Assembly (NCBI RefSeq): GCF_009914755.1 | Contig: NC_060944.1 | Direction: 5' to 3' (one strand) | Length of the DNA stretch: 64,000 nucleotides | Source: the human T2T-CHM13v2.0 reference genome, Homo sapiens | Shown: positions 29,944 to 44,148 of the stretch, one piece after another | Layout of the letters: the number at the start of each line of letters is the position of its first letter | Position numbering within the stretch: the first letter of the stretch is position 1 | Made by a program: the position numbers and the translations under genes | The notes under the pieces: model-generated | The model's database searches: none | What the model saw: only the letters and a program-made list of their open reading frames with translations | Told to the model about the DNA's origin: nothing

Positions 29944-30532
29944 TAGTGGACGTCTCCCGTTTAACCTGCCCTTGCATCCCTTTCCCATTTCTGGTAAGAG
30001 CACCCCAAACTCTGACTTGGAGGGTCTACCCCTCTGTGCTCTATCAATGTGGTTCTGGTGGTACCAACGACAATGTGGCACTCTTCACTCTGTGCCACAG
30101 GGAGGCCTGTGACCCAGGCCAGGCCAAACCTAATGCCCTATTCTTTTGGTTACAGTGATTAGACCCAGGAACTAGACATGTGTCATGAGTCTGGCCAATC
30201 AGAGCCTTCCCTGGGATCTCTAAATACTGATGTGAGCTGATTACGCTATGAAGATACACAAATGGAGCTCGTTTTCATCTGGTCTGAAGGCATGTGGGAG
30301 AAACCCTTCTGCAGGAAGAGAGCATGAGGCCAACTTGCAAGAGAAGCAGAGGTGAAAGAGAAGGAAATGGGAGAGAGAGGAAATGATATAGCCTTTGAGC
30401 TGCTAGATCCAGCTGTGCCTGAAGCCAGCCCCCTTTTTTTTTTCTTTCCTTTCGTGGATCTGCTTGGCATCTTTTACTTAAGCCAGTTTGAGTTGGAGTT
30501 CCAGCACATGCAACCAAAATAGTTCTGACGAA
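29944..30532 (+). mobile_element. LTR33-like ERVL solo LTR
   Basis: ggccaatcagagccttccctggga, gatccagctgtgcctgaagcca, cttaagccagtttgagttgg. Confidence 0.8.
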
Positions 30533-30696
30533 CATAAGTCAAGATTAGCCCCTCTGTTGCATGAATGAAAAGACTAAGGCCAAAAAAAGCTAAATAATTG
30601 CTCCAGGCCCCCTAGAATGCAGAGCCAGGATTTGAGTCCTCATCCTTGGACTTCTCATCCTATGCTCTTTCCACAACATCCCCCACTGTGCTTAAT

Positions 30697-31176
30697 GTCT
30701 GCATTAGTTTCCCATGGCTGCTATGGCAAATTGCCACAGACATGATGGCTTAAAACAATATAAATGTATTTCACAGATCTGGAAGCCAGAATCAGAAACA
30801 ATGAATAACACACTGAACCAAACCACAGGGTATCAGTAGAGCCGTCCTCCCTCTGCAGGCTCTACAGGAGGATCTGTGTCTTCGTCTTCCAGCACCTGGT
30901 GGCTGCCAGCATTCCTCAGCTTGTGGCTGAATCCATCCAGTCTGCCTCTGTCATTACTTGTCCTCCCCTCTATGTGCATCAAATCTCTGTCTGTCTCTTA
31001 TGAGGACACTTGTGATGGCCTTTAGGGCCCACCTTGATAAGCCTAGATTATCCCCTTATCTCAAAAAGATTCTTAACTTAATCACATCTGCAAAGAGCCT
31101 TTTTCTCCAAAGTCACATTCACAGGTTCTAGGGATTAGGACCCAATATCTTTAGGTGGCCACTATTTAGCCTAATA
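30697..31176 (-). mobile_element. MLT1B/C-like MaLR solo LTR
   Basis: ttagtttcccatggctgct, ggcttaaaacaa, ttaacttaatcacatctgcaaaga, gtcacattcacaggttc. Confidence 0.88.
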
Positions 31177-31539
31177 GAGCATCTGAGCTCTCAGGATTTA
31201 GTGTTTAAACATCCATGAATCAGCCCTGAACAAAACCTTCAGGACCCAATAGTCCAGTCTCCCCAGCCCAGTGGTTAGTTCCCAGCCTCCTCTTTCTTCT
31301 CCGTTCAGATGCCAGCACAAGACTGAGCACAGGAGTCAATCCTGACTCAGCCTCTCCTCCCCTAGGCAGGAGTAAACCAAGGGTATTTCACCCTTTTAAA
31401 AAAATGGACCCCTTTCTCCTTCCTAAAGGCAACGCCTGCTGTTCACCCTGCTTAAATCTGCAGCTTCTGGTTGTAAGAAACAGAGCCACCATGGCTATCT
31501 CACATAACAGGGATATGTTATAAAGCTACTTTGCACATT

Positions 31540-31755
31540 GTTGGGGTTCAGGGGGTCTGACTGCCTGGATTCGAATCCCAGCTCTGCCATTTTTTGGCTG
31601 TGACTTTTGAACAGGTCATTTAACTGCTGGGAGCCTGGAGCCTCTGCTTCCCTGAAGATGGGGATGCTGGTCTTACCTCAGGGCTGGGTAACTGTGAGGG
31701 TTAAATGGGAGTGCATGCGTTCCCGGAGGAGCCTGGCAGTGTTATTACTGTTACT
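31540..31755 (+). mobile_element. MIR SINE
   Basis: gattcgaatcccagctctgcca...gctgtgac...gtgagggttaaatgg. Confidence 0.8.
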
Positions 31756-32039
31756 GTCACAGGGAATCTGCATTTTTTTTTCCTTTGCTATAAACTGACT
31801 TTCTCAGGTTATAAATGTTAGATACTATTATTTCTACCAAATAGAATCTGAGGGTTATGACTTCCTTGGGCCCCTTACAGTGTGTAAGTCCTCAGAACCC
31901 CAAGTGGTACCCTGCCTCTATGGGCCAGGGCTCCTGACCGGCCCCAGGGCATCCTTCCACGCCCACCTCCATCCCGCAGGCCCTTCTGGGCTTCCCACCC
32001 TGGGGGCATTGGTTGGCACAACCCACTGCATCTCAGCGC

Positions 32040-32210
32040 CCCACCCTGGTCCAATCAGCACATCCCATCACTTCCCAGCACAAGGCCCTGGTCCAATCAG
32101 CGATGGGCAGTTGGACAGCATGGGCGGGGCTGGGGGTAGCGTTGGGTGCCTGTAAGACCCAGGTGCAAGACTTGGTCTGGCCCCAGGACAGGTCCTGGGG
32201 GCGGGCAGTG
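32040..32210 (+). promoter_or_regulatory. Promoter-like module: two CCAATCAG boxes and two GC boxes
   Basis: 16-bp direct repeat ccctggtccaatcagc at 32044 and 32086; TGGGCGGGGC at 32121; GGGGGCGGGC at 32197. Confidence 0.35.
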
Positions 32211-32952
32211 TGGGCAGCCCAAGGCCACGGCATCTCTCGGCTTTGCTTCCCCGAGAGCCTGTCTCCACCTCCTCCACTTTATTCTCACTCTTCTCCATGC
32301 ACCGGGTTCACAGCCTCCCTCCAGCCCCCTATGAAGCCTCCCAGTATTTATTCACCCCATCGTGACCTTCCCTTTTGGACGATCCAAGTCCTTATCTCCA
32401 GTGGGATACATAAGACTTTGCAAATTCTTCCCTAATCATGGGCTCCCATAGTGTTTCTATTTTCCTCGTTGGAAACAACAATAACAATAATGATCCTAAA
32501 AGCAGCGAACGGTGCTGGGCTGTGGTAGTTGCCAGGCAGTGGCTAAGTGCCTTTATGTGTATTGACTCGTTTCATTGCACACACGTCCATGCATGTGGAG
32601 TGTAGGAGCTTTATTTTATTGCTAATGAAGCTGCGGAATCTGCTAAGTCTCAGGGCCAACAGACAGACCTTCCGCCAAGGTTAGTTCCATTCTTTTGCTA
32701 AGTGAATTCCAAATAAATAAACGTGAATGCTAAAACCATACTGCCCTATAGCATTACTTTAAAAATAAAACAACTAATGATTTTTTTTCTGATTACAAAG
32801 TAAAATCTGTTCATATGGAAAATTTGAGAAAAAAAAAACCATACTAAGCAAAAATAAAAATCACCCACATAAATATTTTGGTTATGGCTGTTTCCAAACT
32901 ATCTGTCTATCTGCTTCTATCTACTTTTTAGGGGATTACATTTAAGCCATGA

Positions 32953-33256
<304 letters not shown>

Positions 33257-33420
33257 TACGGCATGACTTTTTAACATTTTCCAAGTCTCTAGGGTTCTCT
33301 GATTGGATATTTATGTTGTATCCTATTTTTCTGCTATTGTAATACCTGAAAATATTCTTAAACCTGTATTTCTGCCTGCTTTTCTGATCAATCATTTCCT
33401 TAGGATAAGAAGTGTGTATT

Positions 33421-33726
33421 TCTTTCTTTTTTTTTTTTTTTTTTGAGACAAGGTCTCGCTCTGCTACCCAGGCTGGAGTGTAGTGGTGCAATCATAGCTC
33501 ACTGCAGCCTCCACCTCCTGGGCTGAAGCCATCCTCCCACCTCAGCCTCTCGAGTAGCTAGGACCACAGGTGTGCACCACCATGCCCAGCTAATTAAAAA
33601 AATTTTTTTTTTTTTGTAGAGACAGGATCTTCCTAGGCTGGTCTTGCATTCCCTGGGCTCAAGAGATCTGCCCGCCTCAGCCTCCTAAAGTGCTGGGATT
33701 ACAGGCGTGAGCCACCATGTCTGGCC
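33421..33726 (-). mobile_element. AluJ-like, within old L1M sequence (about 32750-33960, minus)
   Basis: atcatagctcactgcagcctc. Confidence 0.92.
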
Positions 33727-34189
33727 TGGGGATGTATTTGTTTCAAGCTTCAGATGCACATTCCCAGGTGCCCCTGAACGGCTGCAGCCATTGCCACCCC
33801 TCCGCAGTGTCGGAAGGACCCCGCTCACCTCCTCAGCAGCTCAGGGGTTATTTTGGTTTTGTTTTTTAAATCTTTGCCAGTGTTTTCCTTTGCATTCTTA
33901 AATTCCTGATGCCATGAATTTATTTCATTTTTCTATATGGAATTTACTGGCCATTTGGGCTTCCTTTCCTCTTCTTTACAGCACAGATTTTACACATTTT
34001 CTCCCCAGCCTTGGCATTTTCTTTTTTTTAAACCTTATTTCCCCTTCCCCTTGATCTATTATCTATTTAAAACATGATGCTGGTTATGTGGTTATGAGTC
34101 CCTTCTGCTTTAAAGGTTGGATAAATGGATGTACGGCATCAGCTCAACAGCTGAATTAGTTTTCAGGTCATCCCACCCAGCTGTGCTAG

Positions 34190-34496
34190 TCTTTTTTTTT
34201 TTTTTTTTTCTTAAGACAGGGTCTCACTCCCATGGCCCAGGCTGGAGTGCAGTGGCATGATCACAGCTCACTGCAGCCTCAACCTCCCTGGGCTCAAGTG
34301 ATCCTCCCACCTGAGCATCCTGAGTAGCTGGGACTGAAAGTATGTGTCACCACGCCCGGCTAACTTTTGTATCTTTGTAGAGACGAGGTTTCACCATGTT
34401 GCTCAGGCAGGTCTTGAACTCCTGGGCTCAAGCGATTCTGCCCACCTCAGCCTCCCAAAGTGCTGGGATTACAGGTGTGAGCCACAGTGCCCAGCC
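34190..34496 (-). mobile_element. AluJ-like
   Basis: gatcacagctcactgcagcctcaacctccctgggctcaag. Confidence 0.93.
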
Positions 34497-36296
34497 TAGC
34501 TATTCTATTCTTGCCACTGGAAAACCCTCACAGAAGAAGTGTGGGAGGCCACATCGGAGAAGAGGAGGTTATGCTAAAGTGTCCAGAAAAATGGTGCCTA
34601 CATAAAATAATTCAGGATCTCTAAAAATCACTATTCACTTGCCATCCCATAGGGTTGTGAAGATGAAATGATGTAACGTATATGAAAACAGAACATTCTC
34701 TGCTCAGTTCTTTGGAGGGTAGAAGTATTTAGACAAAGCACTTCAGAGTTTATAAACATTTATCAAGAGCATTTTGCAGCTCACCCCAAGGCTCTCTGGT
34801 AGATGCCATCTCATCTGAAATTGTCAATGCTTTGCTGGATCAAAGAAGTTACATGAAAGGGGACTTAAAATGAAAGGAACAGCCCACAGGAGCTTCCTGT
34901 TCAGTAGCTGACATTGGAAAGGTTTTATCCCAGCGGATCATAACCACCTTGCAAAGCAGATAGAACCACTCTTCAATAGATGGCATTTATTGCTTATTAC
35001 GTGCCTACTGTGTGCTAGGCTCAGTTCGAAGTCCCTGGGGATGGAACAAGGAGGGAGGAAGACAGACAAGCCGCCTGCCCTCACAGGGCTTTAGGTTCCA
35101 GGGGTACAATTCCAAGGAGATGTTATCCTCTTTTGATGGATGGAAGTCTCAGGGATGGTCAGTCACCTGCCATGGCCATCCAGGACTAGAATGCAGATGT
35201 CCCTAACCTCAAAGCCCCTCACCATCCTGGGGTCCCAATTCTCTACTACATCGAAGCAGCCTGTACCTCACATGTGTATTCTCATCTCCATTCAGAAAGC
35301 TCCTAACTACATTTCCTGGAGGTGCCCTGTGTCCAAAGGTGCACTTTGTCTGATCAGGCCCATAGATAGGGGCCTGTCATGGAAAGTGGCAAAACCAAAA
35401 CCATCCAGAGCGATTTAACCCTTCATCGCCCATTTGCTGCTGTCATGGGGCAGGAGGACAGGAGCTGTTTCAGACCCAAGACTTTTCTGGGGATTTTAGA
35501 TGGAGGAGTCCTAATCCCTGTTTACTCTGTCTCTATATTGGCAAGTGTTTCCCTGGGCTTAAAAGGGCAGAGAGGGGAGGCTCTTGTTCTAACAGCAATG
35601 AAGCCATCTTGCCACTGGTAAGAAATAAAATGATGAGAAGATTGCTGGGCCTCAAGTCTGTCACCCACACCCCACTTCTCTGGGCCACTCAGACACTGTC
35701 CTCCTGGAGCCAGTCCAGGACCCTCCTCTTCTCTACTGGGGACAAAATGGGAATAATAATACTAATAATGGTAAAGAAATGAAGCATTTGCTTTCTTTTC
35801 AAAGCTCTCCCAAGGGTTCAGCTGGGCTTTCTGGCCAATTCTCCCAAGGCTTTAGAAAATAGGTTTGAGTTTGCTGAGGGCTCTGCATCCACCTGTTGAA
35901 GAAGGCTGAGGGAGTAACTGAATTTCGGGTTGCTCTCAAGACAGTGCACAGAAACAAGAGGTCCAAACTCTCACCTCCAAGGTAAACCCTTCTGATTTTA
36001 AAGGTTTGTGGGAATGCCAGCATCACTGAGCAGCCCCAATCCTCAAAGAACACTCGATAATGATTTATGGTTGTGGCTTTACCAACCAGGCACGGCAGGA
36101 GTGAGAATATTCATGCTGATGCTTATTCGTGATCTGCGCTAGGTGAATTACAGGCATGGTCAGGTGTCAGCCCAGAGACAGGCCCACTGTGGAGTAGGTG
36201 ACACATGCCAAGGCCCTCTTATTTGCCCAGAGGTGCACAGTTAAGTAGTGAAGGCAGAATCCAAATGCAGATCCATCTGCTCCACTGTCCTGGGTC

Positions 36297-36805
<509 letters not shown>

Positions 36806-39336
36806 TGAAGGCAGACTCCAGGGAGCTGGCCTTTCAAATGCAGAAAACAATTGTCCTGCCTTCCAAGCAAATGACAGGGGCTCATTTTGGAATCTTCCAG
36901 TTGCTCCTTTCCCCACTTCAGATCTGGGACTGCTTTTTCCAGCCTCTGCAGAAGGCAGGCCTAGCAGGCACCCTCAAACAGACTTCTAAGTGGGACTTTC
37001 AGTGCCAGGCGAGGTGTCACCCAGGACCCCCCACCCATAGGCTGAGGGAAAGAACAGTGCCAGATGACACCATACCTGCCACCTGCATCCCCTCCCGGGT
37101 GTGACCCTGGGCAAGTTACATGGCTTCCCCTGCAGTCTCAGCACTGTCTTCCTTACTGGCTGGTGAGGAGGGTCCCATGGAAACTGGCTCCTGGCAAATG
37201 CTCCGCTAAACAGAAAACGGGAGATAGGCGTGGGGGTGGGGGCACAGGTGCCAACGTGGTGCCTTCAATTTGCTTCCCCCCTCCATTTTGGGCTTTTCTT
37301 GGTTTGTTAGTGACTAATGGGACTTGGGCAAACTCTCAGGCGCATCCAAAGGAGAAGCCGTACTTGGAAATCAGACTCTATCCCCTTGAGTCAGATGAGG
37401 ATGAGAGACTTGATCTCATTTCTGCCAAGGCCACAGGGCTGGATCCTGAGAACTCAGCATGACTTGGACCTCCCGAGGCCTCTGGGTGAGTGATAGGGCT
37501 CTGGAATCTGAAGTCCCAAAGCTCAGTGGGCAGAATGGCCTTGGCCCTGAAGCTCAGTGTTTTCCCTCCTTTTCTCTCCAAGGATCAAAAGCCAGTGACT
37601 TTCAAACCCGACCAGATCCCAGGTGTCCTTGGAGATTTCTCAGGACTGCCCCCGGGATGGAAAAGCCTCCTTCCACCTTTTGTGGCCTCAGTTTCCATGT
37701 CCTTGAGATTTCAGCAGGGACAGCGCCAGGATCCTTAACTAGGAGACACGTTGTAGACATACCTAGGGGGAGGCCTGGGCATCCGTCTTAAAGCTGCATT
37801 TATTTGCAAAATAAGCTCAGTGTTTTTATTTGTAGGATAAGCTAAGTAGATTATGTAAAATCTCCACGTCTCCCATCCATATTGCCAGTGTTGTGTGGTT
37901 CTGGGTATGATTGCACCCTGAAAAAAAGTGTTCTATGCCGAGGAATGAAAATTAAAACCCACAAATCTAACCTCTCGAGTGCACGCACGCACGGTAGTCA
38001 CTTAGCGCCTCCCATGAGCCAGAGCTTTCATTTCCCATCCAACTCTGGAAGTGCTGCTTTTCTTGTTATCCCCACTTGCAGATGCAGAAACGGAAGCTCT
38101 GAGGGATGGCTTCGCCCAGCACACACCTTTGCAGAATTTGCTTTCAAAGCCAGGTCTCTACTACCATCTCCAGCACGCTGCTGAGCCTCTATGTGCATTA
38201 GAAAGTAAAATCACAGATGAATTTCTCAGCCATCTCAACGCGCCCCATCTCACATTCATTATCATTTGCTTTGAAGGATTTTTTTCTTTTTGAACAGAAG
38301 GGGCACCTGGCTTTCCTACTCTGATTTGCAGATGTGTGTTGAAGGAATGGAGAGAGTAGATTTTGCAGTTATTCCCTCTGGGCCCTCCGACCTTCTTGGA
38401 GACCTGTCATGCAGGGTTAGCAAAGCCATTTCAACACACTACTGTGGTGTGGACAACCAACACAGACTTTGCTGCCCCGGAACAGCTCCCCACCGCCACC
38501 TCCACCCCAATTCTCTAGCTTTTAAAGCCTTTCACTTGGCAGGAAAACGCTGCCCCCTTCTGGCTTAAATGGACAGGCACGTCCAGGGCAAGGATTCAGA
38601 TTCCTGTGAACGTCATTCAATGTGAATAATAGGCGCACTGAAGACCAAAGGATAAATCGGGGTAAACGGGGCAGGGCAAGACAATGCCGCTGGGCGGAGA
38701 TGAAGATTTTGCGATACCCTCTTCACTTAACGAGATTCATGCAGTCCCTTCGGGGCAACAATAGCATTGCCACCAGTTGCACAACCCAAGATGTTGCTGA
38801 CAGACTGTCCTCTGTGGAAGAGGTTATAAAAGCATCTATGATTTCAGAAGGGGCAATAACTCCAATAACTAACACAGTCTCCAGGGGTGACTCTCAAGCC
38901 GTGAAAGTCAGGACAGCGGCAGGAAGCCCCACACCGCCAGCAGGGATCCTTGGCTGCCAGTGGAAGCTGGGCTTGGCTTTGTGTGGGTTCTGCGCTCCTT
39001 CGCCCAGTTTCAAAACCTCCCGCACCTGTGTCTTTCTCCATGCAAATGAGCCCAACAGGAAAAACAGGCGCCTGTGGAGGTTTCACAACAACCTAGAAGC
39101 TGTCCCATGCCAGATCTCTGTCGGTGAGAAAATGTGTGTGGATGCTGACTTCTAGAAGACTCCAAAGCGCTTGTCTTCCCCACTCCCCATTTCCAAAGGC
39201 TGAGACTCCTCTGCACTCCGAGTTTCCTCCCACGCTTCGTCTGAAGAGTGGGTTTTGGGGAGTGAAGGATAGAAAATATCTGAAGACTCTTCCCTATGAC
39301 TTAAGACATGAATTTTCTTCTCAAGTCTTGAACTAA

Positions 39337-39713
<377 letters not shown>

Positions 39714-39739
39714 TGGGTGAGCATGTTAAAGATCCCACA

Positions 39740-40303
39740 GGGAAGGAGCATGAGGGTCAGATGGGGGGAACATGGGGACCAGTTGGAGATGGAAAATGAG
39801 GGGTCAGATGGGGAAGGAACAGGAGGAGGTTAAATGGAAGAGGAACATGAAGGTTCAGATGGAGGAGGAATATGGAGACACAGATGGGGAGGAATGTGGG
39901 GGTCAGATGAGGGAGGAACAGGAGATCAGATAGGGGAGGAACGGGAGGAAGTCAGATGGAGAAGGAGCATAGAGGGTCAGATGGGGAGGAACAGAGGTCA
40001 GATGAGGGAGGAACATGGGCATCAGATGGGGAAGGAACAGGAGGAGGTCAGATGGGGGAGAGCATGGAGGCTCAGATGAGGGAGGAGCATGGAGGGTCAG
40101 ATGGGAGAGGAACAGGAGGAGGTCAGATGGAGGAGGAGTATGGAGGCTCAGATCGGGGAGAAGCATGGAGGGTCAGATGGGGTAAGAACAGAGGAGGTCA
40201 GATGGAGGAGGAACTTGGGAATCAGATAGGGGAGGAACAGGAGGAGGTCAGATGTGGGAGGAGCATGGGGGTCAGATAAGGGAGGAGCATGGAGGGGCAG
40301 ACA
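39740..40303 (+). repeat. Purine-rich minisatellite, about 23 units of 21-25 bp, core (A/G)GGTCAGATGG
   Basis: Unit types ggaggagcatggagggtcagat and ggggaggaacaggaggaggtcagat interspersed. Confidence 0.95.
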
Positions 40304-40979
40304 AGTCTGCTCTTCTGGCCTAGCTTGGGCTCCAGAGACTGGCATCCCCCCGGGCGGGTTGGCCTAGTGTGTGTCTCTGCTCTCCTTGTTCTTTGTAGCC
40401 TGTTTTTGTCCCACCAGCCTGTGAGCACCGTGTGACTGGGACCCGCCTCCCACATGAGTGTATCCCCAGCACCAAGCCAGGGCCTGGCACACAGCAGAGC
40501 CCAGCACGTCTTTGTTGCACGAGTGTGGGAAAGTGGCCAGCATCCAGGAGAGGAAGGGCCTGGCATGTTCAGCCCCTTCCCCTAACTGGGTCTTGATCAC
40601 TATCCTGTAAAAGGAGGGAAATGGCCACGGTTTTCTCAGCCATCGGCTGGCTGGACTGTGCATTCTCTGGGGTGCCGTAAAGTCCTGTTCTGGGGCATTG
40701 CCCTGCATGATCAGCCTCCATCATTCTCCTCCCTGAAGTGGGAGGCAAATGCCAGCCCCCAGAGGGCAGGAACCCAGCACTTCCTGAGCGACATGTGGAG
40801 CCCCAGACCCCAGCTCATTCCGTCCCCCATGACAGGTGTGTGGACACTGTGGGGCTCCTGTGTCTTCACAGGAGTGATTATCCAGTGACCAGATCCCCAC
40901 CAGGGGTAAGCAGGGAAACTGAGGCCTACAGCCCAGAGATTCTGGACTACCCAGGCCTTTGTCATGGAAATCACCCATT

Positions 40980-41260
40980 GTGCCCCTTTTGTGTGCTGGG
41001 CACAGTGCTGGACCCAGAGCTCACTAGAGTGAGCCGAGCCCCTGTGCCTGTCGGCCTGCCTTACAGTCCGGTGGGGGAGACAGAGATTAAAGGAATATTT
41101 GTACAAATAATTCATCCCAGCGGTTGAAAGTTGGAGAATGACAGGGGACCCTTTGGGAATGGAAAGGTCAAGATTGGTGGGAGATGACAGCATCACAAAA
41201 AGGGAAGAGCATGCTCTGGTGGGGGAACAGCTTGTACAAAGGCCCCAAGGCAGTTCTTGG
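40980..41260 (-). mobile_element. L2 fragment
   Basis: tgtgctgggcacagtgctg...ggggagacaga...ggggaacagcttgtacaaaggccc. Confidence 0.65.
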
Positions 41261-42748
41261 GGAAGCGCAGGTGCAGCTGGCACCATCTGTTCCTTTTTCC
41301 TCCTACCAAGAGCTCAAGGGTGATGCCTGAGGTAGCTTCAGCCATCTCCCAGCCATGAATGAAAGACCAAGGGAACCTGTGGCACTAGCACTATTGAACT
41401 GCTGAATTCCCTGCAGCCACCTAGGTCCAAGTTCCCATCATGTAAGAAGCAGTGATTTTTCTTTTACTTGCAGCTCAATGCATTCCTATCTGAAGTGGGG
41501 CAGAGAGGCTGGCAGCCTTCTTTACTAACCAGGCCTGGGATGAGGTCAGGGGACACTGCTCCGTCACAAGGTGGGTTCAACTCAAGTGAAAAGGTACCCA
41601 TTCCCATCATCACCCTGCCACTAGTGGGAGCCCCTCTGTCCCTCTCTGAAAACCCCTTACTGCCACTGGAGTTGGTCTAATCCTTGGAGGAAATGTCACC
41701 CCTTAGGAAATGCCCAGCTCAGTCCTCTGGATGACCTCCCACATCCCAGGAACAACGAAGGTCATGTTATCCAGATCCCTCACAGGGTCCAAGTGCACCC
41801 CCTCTGGCTTTGCAGCTCCTCCCTCCCTCTGCTCTACAGACCAGCGACCCATCCTGGTGAGGTCACCGAGTTGTCCTGTGTGGAGTCCGGCTCTTGTTTC
41901 CAATGGGGAAAACAGCTTTCCTCAGAAAGTTCTACTCCCTCTGGGGAAAACGACTGAGAGGCTCTTGGCAGGGCTATTCCCAGTTTCCTCACTAATTACT
42001 CTGGGATATTCCCTCCTGAATGAAGAAACTTCTATAATTTGGGTTATAAAAGATCTCTTTGAATTTTCTCCAGAGTCTGCTGTGATTATAACAATAAAAT
42101 ATACGACACACATGAAGACTTTCATCCCAGCAGCCCCAGGCTCACTGCAAACGAGTCATAATTATGCATCTCAACAGCACCCCCCATTCTCTCCCAATGT
42201 GGAAACTGAGGCAAAAGGAGGTCAAGGCTATGGCTCCTCAGCCACCAAGAGACCCACAGATCTGCTGTGACTTCCCTGTGCCCAGAATTCCAGCCTTGCG
42301 GGGAAGCCGTGGGAAGTTCACTCAGGCCATCTCAAATCCCAAATGTCCACCACCTTGAACACCCATCTTTGGACAGTGGGAAAGCTGTGATCCAGCTCCA
42401 TCTGGATCCTTTAGTTACCCTAAACCTTGAGCGGCCATGGAGTCCCGACTTCTGACCTATGAGATTACACAAAAACAATACAAAACAGCAAAACACATGA
42501 TAGAACAGTGAAACGCGAATGCTGCGTTGCTTGGGTAACCCACGTGTCCGTCTCACCAGGTTGTGAGCTCTCCCAGGCAGGGACCACGTCGCCATATCAG
42601 GGTCAGTGCACGGGCACAGGATGCCACCTGCCGTGAGCACCTGCTGTGTGTTTGATACTATTCCACACCATAAGGATCCAGAGATTTCCACCGGGGACTT
42701 TGCCAAGCTGTTATCTCCCCTCATGACTGAGTGTAGAACAGAGTCCCA

Positions 42749-43034
42749 GGCTGGGCGCAGTGGCTCGCGCCTGTAATCCCAGCACTTTGGGAGGCCAAGG
42801 TGTGAGGAGCACTTCAGCTGAGGAGTAAGAGATCAGCCTGGGTAACATAGTGGGGCTCCATCTCTACAAAACACAAAAAGATATACTTTAGCCAGGCGTG
42901 TGGTGTATGCCTGTAGTTCCAGCCACTTGGAAGGCTGAAGCGGGAGGATCCCAGGATCCCTTCAGCTCAGGAGTTGGAAGCTGCAGTGAGCTGTGAGGCC
43001 ACTCCAGCCTGGGGGACAGAACAAGACCCTGTGT
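42749..43034 (+). mobile_element. AluJ-like, degraded, tail absent
   Basis: Alu consensus with a right-arm deletion. Confidence 0.88.
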
Positions 43035-43530
43035 AAAGTGGCAGTCCTCTACCCATGTGTGAGCGTGATCACTTCCACAAATGAACACTGAGGAGGTCTC
43101 TTCTGTGCCAGGTTCTGTGCTGGGCCTTGGGATATAAGCAGCATGGCCCTCCCTTGTGGGGCGCGTGGGGAGAAGGATGTTAAATAATCTAAAAAAGGGG
43201 CCTAAAACTCAATCTTTGAAGGTGAGCTGCAGGGTGGTGTGGTCTCTTTGATCTCTCAGGGGAGCCAGGGAGGGTGTCTGTCGAACGGTGACTGCGGAGG
43301 TCAGATCAGATGCATCAGCAGGAGGTAGCAAGACAGAGGTGGGAGGGAGGGCTGAGTGGTTGAGGCAGTGCACACAGTTGTGCAAGGGCCCGGGGGCAGG
43401 AGGAAATTTGGTGTGACAGAAGGACTGAAGGCAGTGTGGCTGGACAGTTGGGCTGTCCAGAGCATTGGGACCATGCTAAAGATTTTATTCTTGATCCTAG
43501 GAGCAATGGGAATCTATCAAATCATTTTAA

Positions 43531-43867
<337 letters not shown>

Positions 43868-43887
43868 ATCTCTATGCACATTTTAAG

Positions 43888-44030
43888 ACATGTCTGCAAA
43901 TATTTTCTGTAAAGGGCCAGATAGTAAATCTTTCAGGCTTGGGGGAGCATAGGGTGGAAATGGCTCGACTCTGCCCACAGAGTGCAGAAGCAACTGTAGA
44001 CAATAAGCAAAGAATGAAGAAGTGCAGCTG
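43888..44030 (+). mobile_element. MER58A fragment
   Basis: ttttctgtaaagggccagatagtaaat. Confidence 0.8.
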
Positions 44031-44148
44031 CCTGTAGCAAGCAGGAGGCCCACAAAAGGGATATCGATTATTACTGAGGACATGACTGCAAGTTATGATT
44101 CACTCACTCCTGCATTCATCCATTCAACAGATACATTAAGTACCTGCT

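Noticed and set aside
39740-40303. Possible CRISPR-like repeat-spacer array, or a G/E-rich repeat protein (ORFs 39834-40279)
   Set aside because: The inter-core segments are themselves variants of one unit rather than unique spacers; the context is primate with no cas genes; the ORFs simply follow the repeat
40756-41631. Additional CTCF-like strings CCCCCAGAGGGCAG (40756) and CCACTAGTGGGAGC (41618)
   Set aside because: Mismatches at informative positions; matches of this quality are common in GC-rich DNA
40711-42270. 191-aa (40711-41286) and 186-aa (41710-42270) ORFs
   Set aside because: They overlap L2/MIR remnants, have no recognisable homology, and are compatible with chance
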